A stretch of 64,000 nt of DNA, from positions 2,202,466-2,266,465 of the forward strand of contig BPGV01000001.1 of assembly GCA_026003215.1 (NCBI GenBank), written 5' to 3'. Every line of letters starts with the position of its first letter. Position 1 is the first letter of the stretch. Shown piece after piece: positions 10,275-19,028 of this stretch. The DNA is from Bacteroidia bacterium. GTDB taxonomy: Bacteria; Bacteroidota; Bacteroidia; SpSt-205. A model generated the notes under the pieces. The model was not told where the DNA came from. It did not search any database and was given only the letters and a program-made list of their open reading frames with translations. The translations under genes were made by a program, and so were the position numbers.

Positions 10275-10299
10275 CGGGTGCATAGTTTGACAGGGTACG

Positions 10300-11754
10300 T
10301 TACTCGCCTTGCCCCTTAGAAAAGCCCTCTATTCCGTCAAAACGGCAGAGGTGTTCAGTTTTGATAAAGTCCAGGCCTGCTTGCTTGTATGCTTGGAGGG
10401 CCGCAATCACATCGTCGTGGGTGATAGGCTGGCCGGTGGCCGAGAGCAGGCGGGTACGCCAGTGGTCTGTGAGAAAAGTCTCTTCTACGGTGTTGGGCCA
10501 TACGGCTGTACCTCTATTAGAAATCATTGTCAGCTTAAGCGTGGGGGGGATGGCTTTTTGGATTTTCTCTGCCAGTTCTTTGGGGTGCCCAGGTAGCCAC
10601 TCAACAAACACATCTACGCCGATGAGCTCTTTCTTCGGACGGTTTTTGCGCTCGTAAGGGGGGATATGAATGGCCTTGGAGGCGCCGCCTTCTTGGGTAT
10701 AGCGCACGACTCTAAGCTGCTCGGGTAGTTTCCCAAGGTTGCGTACCACTGCCTCCGCAAACTCTTTGGTACCTACTTTTTCGCGGGAGACCCCTTCTCG
10801 GTAGATGTCGTAGGTATGGTAGCCTTCTTCGATTGTACGAAGCCAGGCATTATGAACGCGCTCCGCTACTTCGGCTTGGCCGATATGCACCAGCATCATA
10901 ATACCCGCATGAAGGAGGCCGGAGGGATTGGCTAAGTTTTGGCCTGCACGGCGGGGGGCAGAACCGTGGATAGCTTCAAACATGGCCACATTCGGGCCAA
11001 TGTTTGCGGAGCCGGCCAGCCCCACAGAGCCGGCAATCTGGGCTACCATATCCGACAAAATGTCCCCGTATAAATTAAGGGTTACCACTACATCAAACTG
11101 TTCTGGCGTATCTGCCAGCTTAGCTGTGCCGATGTCTATAATCCAGTGTTCTTTTTCTATGTCGGGGTATTCGGCGCCGATTTCATCAAAGATTTTATGA
11201 AAAAGCCCGTCGGTAAGCTTCATAATGTTGTCCTTGGTCATGCACGTGACTTTTTTTCGATTGTAGGCCCGTGCGTATTCGAAGGCGTACCGAATGATTT
11301 TTTCAGTGCCGGGCCGTGTGATGATTTTGAGCACTTGGTAAACTTCGGGGGTTTGGCGATGTTCTATGCCCGCGTACAAGTCTTCTTCGTTTTCCCGCAC
11401 AATCACCACATCTAAGCCGGGGTATTTTGTCTCAATAAAAGGATGATAAGACACACAAGGGCGCACGTTAGCAAAGAGATTGAAGAGCTTACGAGTGGTT
11501 ACATTGAGGCTTTTAAAGCCGCCCCCCTGTGGGGTAGTAATAGGAGCTTTATAGAAGACACGGGTTTGCCGTATCACATCAATCGCCTCCGGGGTGATGC
11601 CGGCGGTATGCCCTTGGAGGTAGATTTTTTCCCCGATTTCAATCACATGAGGCTCTATTTGGGCGCCTGCTTCATTCAGAATGTGCAAACAGGCCGACAT
11701 AATCTCGGGGCCGATGCCGTCCCCGTACGCTACAGCTATGGGTACTTTGGCCAT
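10300..11754 (-). CDS. icd: NADP-dependent isocitrate dehydrogenase (long form with C-terminal extension)
   Basis: GDGIGPEI, KAPITTPQGGGFKSLNV, NLYGDILSD, FEAIHGSAP and C-terminal MISNRG...DHWR...QGE. Confidence 0.93.
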   Translation of the reverse strand: MAKVPIAVAYGDGIGPEIMSACLHILNEAGAQIEPHVIEIGEKIYLQGHTAGITPEAIDVIRQTRVFYKAPITTPQGGGFKSLNVTTRKLFNLFANVRPCVSYHPFIETKYPGLDVVIVRENEEDLYAGIEHRQTPEVYQVLKIITRPGTEKIIRYAFEYARAYNRKKVTCMTKDNIMKLTDGLFHKIFDEIGAEYPDIEKEHWIIDIGTAKLADTPEQFDVVVTLNLYGDILSDMVAQIAGSVGLAGSANIGPNVAMFEAIHGSAPRRAGQNLANPSGLLHAGIMMLVHIGQAEVAERVHNAWLRTIEEGYHTYDIYREGVSREKVGTKEFAEAVVRNLGKLPEQLRVVRYTQEGGASKAIHIPPYERKNRPKKELIGVDVFVEWLPGHPKELAEKIQKAIPPTLKLTMISNRGTAVWPNTVEETFLTDHWRTRLLSATGQPITHDDVIAALQAYKQAGLDFIKTEHLCRFDGIEGFSKGQGE

Positions 11755-11766
11755 ATCGCCGCAAAC

Positions 11767-12336
11767 CTACGAACTTTTTAAGGCTATCTGCAGGAGGTCT
11801 TCGGCGGTGCCTTCGGGCAGGGTAGAGAGGGCTTTTTCTAAGCGCGTGTGGGCTTCAGCGGCAGTGAATCCCAGAGCCAGCATAGCTTCGTACGCTTCTT
11901 GATAGGCAGGCGGAAGGGAAGCCGAAGGCAGGGCCTTTAAAGCAGAACGCAGCTCTAAAAGCAGGTGTTGGGCCAGTTTGGGGCCGATACCTTTTATGCT
12001 GCTAATCGTCTTAGCGTCGTTTGCTTGTATCAGGTGCATAAGCTGGGAAGGGCTGAAATGGGATAATAGCGCCAAGGCTTTTTGGGGGCCTACCCGCGGG
12101 ACTTTCTTAAGAAGAAGGAAAAAGTGCCGTTCTTCTTCCGTAAGAAACCCGTACAGGAGCGGCTCTCCTTCCTCCCGGGGGAGCCAAAGTACCGTAAAGA
12201 GGGTACAGCTCTGCCCCACGGACAAGCGTTTGCTCACGGATAGGGGCACTTGCAGCGTGATACCCAACGGGCCTACCTTCATGAGGATTTGGTGGGGTTT
12301 TAGGGCGAGCACTTCCCCGGCGAGGTAGGCGACCAT
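11767..12336 (-). CDS. ruvA: Holliday junction branch migration protein RuvA
   Basis: MVAYLAGEV, LYGF, two HhH motifs (VPRVGPQKA, IKGIGPKLA), EAYEAMLALGF; start revised to 12336. Confidence 0.9.
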   Translation of the reverse strand: MVAYLAGEVLALKPHQILMKVGPLGITLQVPLSVSKRLSVGQSCTLFTVLWLPREEGEPLLYGFLTEEERHFFLLLKKVPRVGPQKALALLSHFSPSQLMHLIQANDAKTISSIKGIGPKLAQHLLLELRSALKALPSASLPPAYQEAYEAMLALGFTAAEAHTRLEKALSTLPEGTAEDLLQIALKSS

Positions 12337-12388
12337 ACTTGCAAATGTGCCGGAAAATCTCCGTACCTTTGCGGCAAACACACACACT

Positions 12389-12931
12389 ATGCGGTACGCA
12401 CAGTACATCGCCGGAGTCGCCCTTTTATGGGCGGTAGTGGCCTGCAGCAGTGGGCCCAGCAAAGAGTTCGTAGAACAAGCCACAAAAGAACTCACAGACC
12501 TCAAGGGCGCATCAGAGAAGCTGAATGCTCTCAAGGGGGATGTGGCCAGTCTTCAGGATCCCTTCGCTGCCGTTAAGCAGGAGCTGGGTAAAGTTTGGAC
12601 AGAGAAGGTAGAAAAGGACAAAGAGCTGGTGGATAAAGCGAATGCCCTTACGGAGCAAGCGAAGAAGCTCTCTGAAGAAGTGGCTTCTGTCGAAGGACAG
12701 CTTAATAGCGCCCTGAGTGAAGCCCAAAGCTTTGTAGACGGCTTGGCTACGCAAAAGAAGGGAGACGAAGAGCTTAAGAAAGAATGGGAAGCTATCAAGA
12801 CCAAGATTACCGAAGCAGCAGGCAAGGTGGATCAGCTTGCTGGCCAAGTAGCTCAGCTCAAGCAAGAAGTGCAGGCGCACACCGAGGCTATTAAGGCGAA
12901 GTATGCGCCTAAGCCGGCGGCTAAGAAGTAA
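12389..12931 (+). CDS. Coiled-coil lipoprotein of unknown function
   Basis: Lipobox VVAC; A/K/E/Q-rich amphipathic helices; own TACCTTTG box at 12364 and a downstream terminator. Confidence 0.75.
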   Translation: MRYAQYIAGVALLWAVVACSSGPSKEFVEQATKELTDLKGASEKLNALKGDVASLQDPFAAVKQELGKVWTEKVEKDKELVDKANALTEQAKKLSEEVASVEGQLNSALSEAQSFVDGLATQKKGDEELKKEWEAIKTKITEAAGKVDQLAGQVAQLKQEVQAHTEAIKAKYAPKPAAKK

Positions 12932-12957
12932 GGAGTAGTAGAGCTTCCAGTAAGTCG

Positions 12958-12989
12958 AGGCGCAGGTCGTCCAGGCCTGCGCCTTTTTT
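12958..12989 (+). terminator. Intrinsic terminator
   Basis: AGGCGCAGG...CCTGCGCCT stem followed by a T run. Confidence 0.85.
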
Positions 12990-13005
12990 CTTAACCTTGC
13001 GGTGG

Positions 13006-13803
13006 ATGTGGCGTAGCTTCTACTGGAGCTTAGGGGGCATAGTTTTCCTGGGTGTTATGAGTGGATGTGTCTCTAAGTCGCAGCTTTTTCGTACGCCCTA
13101 TGATAAAGACCTTCGGAGAGCCCTCCGCAAACAAAAGCAGGGATGGGTGACCGCGGGGCCTTCGGCAAACATAGCTCCTGCGCCTACTACCCCGGTCTTG
13201 ATGGCCGGGCAGTTTTTGCGCATGGTATTAGAAACACCGAGGCCTATAGTAGAAGAAGGTAGCTTTTGGCAGGTCGTGCATGTGGATACCTTACGTATTC
13301 TGGAAGATAGCTTGGTGTATATTCCTTGGCTGGGGAGTATCCGGGTGGGGGGGGTGCCCCTGGATTCGGCTCAGAAGCTTTTAGAGGGGGTAGCCCAACG
13401 GGTATTTACAGGGGCACGTGTACGCCTTTATCCTTTGTATCCCTATTATATTTTTGGATATACTTCTCTGCCTGGGCGTATTTTTCTGGAAAAAAGCCGG
13501 ATAAGCTTGGTTGAAATTCTGTCTGTGTTGGCGGCAAATCCTTCTTTCTCAGCTTTAGACTTAGATTTTAGCAAGGTAAAGGTACTAAGGGGAGATCTCG
13601 GCAATCCTCAGGTTTTTCTCATAGATATCCGTGACGCTTATATGATGGATGGGGACTTTTATTTCTATGCCGGGGATATTTTGGTTATAGAACCTCGGCA
13701 AATGGTCAGATTGCGTTTGGAGGCTCAAAACTACCTGGCCTTTATAGGCATGACTCAAGTACTAAACCTCCTTTTGTTGGTTGCTTTTAGATTAGGGCTG
13801 TAG
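13006..13803 (+). CDS. wza: Polysaccharide export lipoprotein (Wza/OPX family)
   Basis: Lipobox VMSGC; PES-like IPWLGSIRVGG; GDILVIEP; directly upstream of a BY-kinase; start at ATG 13006 after the TAACCTTG box. Confidence 0.75.
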   Translation: MWRSFYWSLGGIVFLGVMSGCVSKSQLFRTPYDKDLRRALRKQKQGWVTAGPSANIAPAPTTPVLMAGQFLRMVLETPRPIVEEGSFWQVVHVDTLRILEDSLVYIPWLGSIRVGGVPLDSAQKLLEGVAQRVFTGARVRLYPLYPYYIFGYTSLPGRIFLEKSRISLVEILSVLAANPSFSALDLDFSKVKVLRGDLGNPQVFLIDIRDAYMMDGDFYFYAGDILVIEPRQMVRLRLEAQNYLAFIGMTQVLNLLLLVAFRLGL

Positions 13804-13804
13804 T

Positions 13805-16186
13805 ATGGAAGCGACTGAAGTAAAAGATATATGGGACATTCGACGCATTCTTATTATTATTACTCGGAAGTGGTGGTGGCCTTTTCTTTCTCTTGTATTG
13901 GCCTTAGGGGCGGCGTGGGCTTACTTGCGGTATGTAGAGCCTACCTATAAAAGCGATGCTACTATACAAGTGGATTTATCTATTCCTTCTATATTGTCAG
14001 ACAAAAGAGAACATAGTACTTTTCCTACCGAACTATTTTTTGAGGGTTATATGGAAATTTTTACATTACATGAAGTTGTAAAACAGGTAGTAGATACACT
14101 GCATCTGGATTGGGAGATTTATTCAAGGGGAAAGGTGGGTAGAACGTTGATTTTTCCTCTTCCTTTCTATATTGAGCTGAGCCCATATACTTTGGACTCA
14201 ATATTTTGGCATAGATACAAAAGTGTAAGTGTTAGATTTTATGAGGATAAAAGTTATATGATTTATGCGGGAGATTCATTGTCTTTTTCTGGGGAGGTTG
14301 ACAAATGGGTTGCTATACAAGGCGGAAGGTGTAGGATACGTTGGGCAGAGGGCAGCAGGGTAGCCCCCGGTGAGTATGAGATTTATCATTTCCCTCGGCC
14401 ACAGGTGATTACTTCATGGCAGCAGCGGATAAGTATTGTGCCTAAACGTGGTCTTACTGTTTTGCAAGTCAGTATAATGGATAAATCGCCTACTCGGGCA
14501 GCTTATGTACTTAATATGCTTTTACATGTGGCTCGGGATTACGAGAAGTCTTTGAAACAAATCCAATATGAAAGAGCTATAAAATATATTGATACCCTTC
14601 TTGCATTTGTTGGCCGAGAGATTGGTAAAGTGCAGGATACTTTGGCTATCATAGAACGGCAAGCAGATGCCCCATTTATGCAAGCAAGGCGTGAATATGC
14701 ATTAAGAGCTTTTACTACAATACTTGATCAATCTGAATGGAATCAAAGGAAAGAAGTCCTAAATGATTTGCTATCACAAGTGCAATCTCTTATAACTATT
14801 CTGAAAGAAGGCCGAAAGAGTCCCCTTACTCCTATTACTTCGTCTCTTGATGACAAAGAGCTGGGGGCTGATATAGTAAATAAAGCTAATGATCTCATAC
14901 AAAAGTGGAATCAGTCCTTGCGTATTTATCATGAAAATGCCTATCCGCTAAATAAATTGCGAGAAGATTTGATACAATGGCTAACTTATGCGTATAGTGT
15001 GTTTTCTGTCCAAATTAAATATATTGATATGCTTTCTTTGCAAATTCAGAAGAGCTTTTTCAGTCAAAGAGGAAAGATGTTTCGTGATATATCAATGGAA
15101 AGGGATTTTTCTATACTTATGGAAAATCTAAATCTTAGCAGAGAAATATATAAGATGCTCTTGGAAAAGAAAATACAATTTTCTATTGATAAAGAAGCTA
15201 TTGTTTCTTCCATACGTATTACGCAGCCTTCTATCGTACCCATAGTGCCTTTATATCCAAATCCTTTTCAAGTGTATGTTATTGCATTAGCTTTTGGGCT
15301 AATATCAGGTGTCGGCGGTATTATATTGTGGTATGCTTTTACCCAGACTGTCTCTTATCGAGTAGATTTAGAGGGATTAGCACCGGTCTCTATTTTGGGC
15401 GAGCTACCGTATGCTTCGGCGGATAGGTCTGCTACTGTACCTATTTCTGGGATTCAGTTGGAGGTGCTTCGTAGTCTGCGTAGTGCGTTGAGTTTTGTGT
15501 GGGATGCGGAGGGCACGCCTACTTTGATTGTAAGTTCTACTGTAAGTGGCGAGGGCAAAACGTATGTGACCCGCAGTTTAGCTTATGTGTATGCCTTGGC
15601 GGGGCATAAAGTGCTTCTTATAGATGCGGATTTGCGGCGTGCTTCTCTTTCCCAAGAAACCGGCTTGCGGGGAAATGGCCTCACCCTCCTTTTGGCTAAT
15701 CCGCACCTTTCCGATTCGGATATAGAACAAGCGATAGTTTCGTATGGACGAGATAATTTCTTCTTCCTCTCGGCAGGTCCCTCCGCCCCTAATCCACCAG
15801 AGTTACTTGAAAGTCCCAATATGAAAAATATTATTGCGTATGTTCAAAAAAATTTTGACTTTATATTTATAGATACCGCTCCGCTTGGTCTTGTATCAGA
15901 TACCTTGTCTATAGTTCGTCATACATATAACTCAGTTATTTTGTATGTGTTTCGTGCAGATTATTCAAAAATCTCTTTTCTTAAGCATTTATATGATTTG
16001 GTGCAAAAAAACCACTTAAGGAAAGTATATCTTCTTTTCAATGGTACCAAGCTCTCAAAGCCGCGCTATGGGTATGGGTATGGCTATGGCTATTATGGGA
16101 AAGAGTATGAGCGAAAGTATTACTTCTCTCCCTCGGACCGGAAGGGGGCTACTTGGGCCAAACTTCGGGAGTGGCTTCCGCTATGA
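13805..16186 (+). CDS. wzc: Polysaccharide co-polymerase / BY tyrosine kinase (Wzc family)
   Basis: Two TM segments, Walker A GEGKT, A' LIDADLRR, B FIDTAP and a Tyr-cluster tail YGYGYGYGYYG. Confidence 0.9.
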   Translation: MEATEVKDIWDIRRILIIITRKWWWPFLSLVLALGAAWAYLRYVEPTYKSDATIQVDLSIPSILSDKREHSTFPTELFFEGYMEIFTLHEVVKQVVDTLHLDWEIYSRGKVGRTLIFPLPFYIELSPYTLDSIFWHRYKSVSVRFYEDKSYMIYAGDSLSFSGEVDKWVAIQGGRCRIRWAEGSRVAPGEYEIYHFPRPQVITSWQQRISIVPKRGLTVLQVSIMDKSPTRAAYVLNMLLHVARDYEKSLKQIQYERAIKYIDTLLAFVGREIGKVQDTLAIIERQADAPFMQARREYALRAFTTILDQSEWNQRKEVLNDLLSQVQSLITILKEGRKSPLTPITSSLDDKELGADIVNKANDLIQKWNQSLRIYHENAYPLNKLREDLIQWLTYAYSVFSVQIKYIDMLSLQIQKSFFSQRGKMFRDISMERDFSILMENLNLSREIYKMLLEKKIQFSIDKEAIVSSIRITQPSIVPIVPLYPNPFQVYVIALAFGLISGVGGIILWYAFTQTVSYRVDLEGLAPVSILGELPYASADRSATVPISGIQLEVLRSLRSALSFVWDAEGTPTLIVSSTVSGEGKTYVTRSLAYVYALAGHKVLLIDADLRRASLSQETGLRGNGLTLLLANPHLSDSDIEQAIVSYGRDNFFFLSAGPSAPNPPELLESPNMKNIIAYVQKNFDFIFIDTAPLGLVSDTLSIVRHTYNSVILYVFRADYSKISFLKHLYDLVQKNHLRKVYLLFNGTKLSKPRYGYGYGYGYYGKEYERKYYFSPSDRKGATWAKLREWLPL

Positions 16187-16905
16187 GCTGGTGGCCTTTG
16201 GGGAAAAAAATGCCGGAAATTAATCTCGGGGTGGAGCTGGGGGTGGAGGTCCATAATCATGTGCTGCCTGGGGTAGATGATGGGGCTCGTACTATGGAAG
16301 AAGCCCTTCAAATGCTTTTCTTCTGGGCAGAAATGGGCTACCAGAAAGTCATCGCTACCCCACATCAAAATACGTATATGCGTCCTTCTTATACGGATAT
16401 CATTCAGGCGCATGAGCGCTTGCAGAAGCAGGCCCAGGAACAAGAACTCCCCATTTTGCTCACTTTTGCCGCAGAATACCTCCTTGAGCCAGAACTGCGC
16501 ATGGAGCTCCCCCAGCTTCTTACTTTTGGCCCCCAAAAATACCTCCTCGTAGAAATGGGGTTTTGGAGTCTGCCCGCCTCGTGGCAAGCCTTTTTCTTCG
16601 AACTCCAACGCGCCGGCTATACCCTCGTCATCGCCCATCCCGAACGGTATGAGTTTGCTGATGCAGCCCTCCTCAAAACTTGGTATGAACAAGGGCTTTA
16701 CCTTCAGATAAACTTACTCTCCTTAGGCGGATTATATGGAAAAAAAATACAAGAAAAAGCCGAATATCTCTTAGAAAAAGGATGGGTACATTTTGTAGGC
16801 AGTGATCTTCATCGGGTAGAACATATCCCTCTTGTACGGAGGGCGCTCATGCACAAGCTTTTGCGAAAGCGAATTGCTTCTTTCCTCAATCCTACACTCC
16901 TATGA
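16183..16905 (+). CDS. PHP-family tyrosine phosphatase (CpsB/CapC/YwqE type)
   Basis: HNHVLPGVDDG, IATPH, IAHPERY, GSDLH; ATGA overlap with wzc. Confidence 0.9.
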   Translation: MSWWPLGKKMPEINLGVELGVEVHNHVLPGVDDGARTMEEALQMLFFWAEMGYQKVIATPHQNTYMRPSYTDIIQAHERLQKQAQEQELPILLTFAAEYLLEPELRMELPQLLTFGPQKYLLVEMGFWSLPASWQAFFFELQRAGYTLVIAHPERYEFADAALLKTWYEQGLYLQINLLSLGGLYGKKIQEKAEYLLEKGWVHFVGSDLHRVEHIPLVRRALMHKLLRKRIASFLNPTLL

Positions 16906-17381
16906 AAGACTATTGGGGTCGAATCTGGATTATAGCTATTTTTATAGCTATTGTGGGGCTAAGCAGCTTCTTATGGTGGAAGGGTAGGCAGATTGTAGAG
17001 CCGGCGCGGGAAACTTACCTGCTGGCAGAATCGCAGCGCCTTTTAGGCTGTTCTCCTTATATGCTGAATAAAGGCATTATTATTGACCAAAATGATAATG
17101 GCATACCGGAATATATTTTTTCCTGTGACTCCACTTTGAGTGAAGCCCACCAGCGTTTTGTCTGGATAGAGGTGGAGCATAAGAAAGTACAAGTGCTCTT
17201 GCATTATACCGAGCAAGGCTGGCAGGTAGGCGGGGGTACAATCCGGGGCCCTTTTTCCTGGCTCATAGATAGAAGGAAAGGCCAGCTGCTGCTGGTGCCT
17301 GAAGAGGAGGGTACTGCTACTGAACCTATCGAACTCATATGGGATCCCGAGCAAAAATGCTTAACGTTAGGAGAGCTGTAG
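16902..17381 (+). CDS. Hypothetical membrane-anchored protein
   Basis: N-terminal TM helix; DQNDNGIPEY possible Ca-binding loop; ATGA overlap with the upstream gene. Confidence 0.6.
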   Translation: MKDYWGRIWIIAIFIAIVGLSSFLWWKGRQIVEPARETYLLAESQRLLGCSPYMLNKGIIIDQNDNGIPEYIFSCDSTLSEAHQRFVWIEVEHKKVQVLLHYTEQGWQVGGGTIRGPFSWLIDRRKGQLLLVPEEEGTATEPIELIWDPEQKCLTLGEL

Positions 17382-17719
17382 GCCTGCATGGCGTAGAAGT
17401 ATATGGGCATGTAGGCTTTTTCCCTGAAGAACGTAAAATGGGACGCCTCTTTCGTATAGACGTGGAGGCTGAGTATGGGGTAGAGGAAGTGCAGGCTATC
17501 CCCCCCATAGATTATCGAGAAGTAGCCCAGCTTATCCGAGAGGCCTTTACGCAAGAAGGGGTGCTCATAGAGCATATCGCGCAATCGCTCGCGGAGGCTA
17601 TTTTGGCTCGGTGGGAAGCTGTGGATAAGGTATGGATACGCGTACATAAGGTTCATCCACCTATAGGTATCTTAGCGGAGAGTGCTTATGCGTATGTGGA
17701 AATGGTGCGTTCTGCTTAG
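17357..17719 (+). CDS. folB: Dihydroneopterin aldolase
   Basis: YGHVGFFPEERKMGRLFRID, IDY, LIEHIA, KVHPPI. Confidence 0.85.
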   Translation: MLNVRRAVGLHGVEVYGHVGFFPEERKMGRLFRIDVEAEYGVEEVQAIPPIDYREVAQLIREAFTQEGVLIEHIAQSLAEAILARWEAVDKVWIRVHKVHPPIGILAESAYAYVEMVRSA

Positions 17720-18287
17720 TCTATTGTGGGCGCAAGGGCGCGATACCCTCGTCGTGATAGAAACACCGAAGGGGGTCATGCGCCTCCAACTGTATCGCCA
17801 GACGCCCCAGCATCGGGCAAATTTTTTCAAGCTGGCCCAGCAAGGTTTTTTTGATGGGACTACTTTCCATCGGGTAATCCCAGGATTTGTTATTCAGGGC
17901 GGAGATCCTAACTCAAAAGACTCAGACCCTGCCAATGATGGGATGGGGGGGCCGGGCTATACTATTCCGGCGGAGATTCGTCCCGAGCTAAAACACACGC
18001 GAGGAGCCGTCGGAGCTGCGCGCTTAGGGGATGCTGTCAATCCGAGCCGAGCTTCCAGTGGGAGTCAGTTTTATATCGTAGTAGCTGAAAAAGGGACGCC
18101 TTTTTTAGACGGAAGTTATACGGTGTTTGGTAAGGTTTTGGAGGGTATAGCGGTGGCGGATAGCCTTGCGCAGGTGCCCCGAGATACGCGGGATAGGCCC
18201 CTTATGGATATGCCCATGAAGGTTCGGCTGGAAGTGGTCAAGGTGAAAAGACTGCGCAAGCGCTACGGCGATGCCTATCAGCCATAG
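17688..18287 (+). CDS. Cyclophilin-type peptidyl-prolyl isomerase (exported)
   Basis: FHRVIPGFVIQGGDP, SSGSQFYIV, LDGSYTVFGKV; signal peptide; exact start uncertain (17682-17694). Confidence 0.92.
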   Translation: MRMWKWCVLLSLLWAQGRDTLVVIETPKGVMRLQLYRQTPQHRANFFKLAQQGFFDGTTFHRVIPGFVIQGGDPNSKDSDPANDGMGGPGYTIPAEIRPELKHTRGAVGAARLGDAVNPSRASSGSQFYIVVAEKGTPFLDGSYTVFGKVLEGIAVADSLAQVPRDTRDRPLMDMPMKVRLEVVKVKRLRKRYGDAYQP

Positions 18288-19008
18288 AACGGCTGCGCTC
18301 TCGGACCCAGGGCGGTTGAGAGAAAATAATGAGGATAGGGTGGCCTACCTTACCACCCGTTATGGGGCGGTGTGGATGGTATGTGATGGGATGGGTGGCC
18401 ATGCGGCGGGCGAAAAAGCCGCAGAACTGGCGGTGCAAGCCGTAGTGGATTTCTTTTCACGAGTTTCTGAAAGTTTGTCTCCTTTTTTGCTATTAGAGCA
18501 GGCCTTGTACGAAGCTAATGAGGCTATTTATAAAATAGCGCAGCTACACCCCCAGTATCGCAAGATGGGTACTACTTGTGTGATAGCTTTATATCAAGAG
18601 GGGCTCTTGTATTATGCGCATGTAGGGGATAGCCGGCTGTATTTATTTCGGGAGGGGCAGCTGGAACAAAAAACGCAGGACCATTCGTATGTGCAGTTTT
18701 TGATAGCGCAGGGGCTTTTGACGCCGGAGGAAGCGGAGTTTCATCCGCGCCGACATGTGATTTTGCGGGCGCTGGGCCTTACATCTCGGCCAGAGCCAGA
18801 GGTAGCACCGGAGCCGATTATTATACAACCGGGAGATTGGGCGCTTTTATGCACCGATGGCTTGAATACGATGCTCTCGGACAAGGAGATTCAAGCCATC
18901 TTATCGGCTCCAGTTTCTGTGGAGGAAAAAGCTCGGCGCCTCGTAGAGGAAGCCAACGCTGGGGGAGGCATGGACAATGTCAGCGTGGTCCTCGTGGAGT
19001 TTTTCTGA
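18271..19008 (+). CDS. PP2C-family Ser/Thr phosphatase (Stp1/IreP-like)
   Basis: GRLRENNED, CDGMGGH, MGTT, HVGDSR, LCTDGL, GGMDNVS. Confidence 0.92.
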   Translation: MPISHRTAALSDPGRLRENNEDRVAYLTTRYGAVWMVCDGMGGHAAGEKAAELAVQAVVDFFSRVSESLSPFLLLEQALYEANEAIYKIAQLHPQYRKMGTTCVIALYQEGLLYYAHVGDSRLYLFREGQLEQKTQDHSYVQFLIAQGLLTPEEAEFHPRRHVILRALGLTSRPEPEVAPEPIIIQPGDWALLCTDGLNTMLSDKEIQAILSAPVSVEEKARRLVEEANAGGGMDNVSVVLVEFF

Positions 19009-19028
19009 TTTTCTTACCTTTGGGGGGG

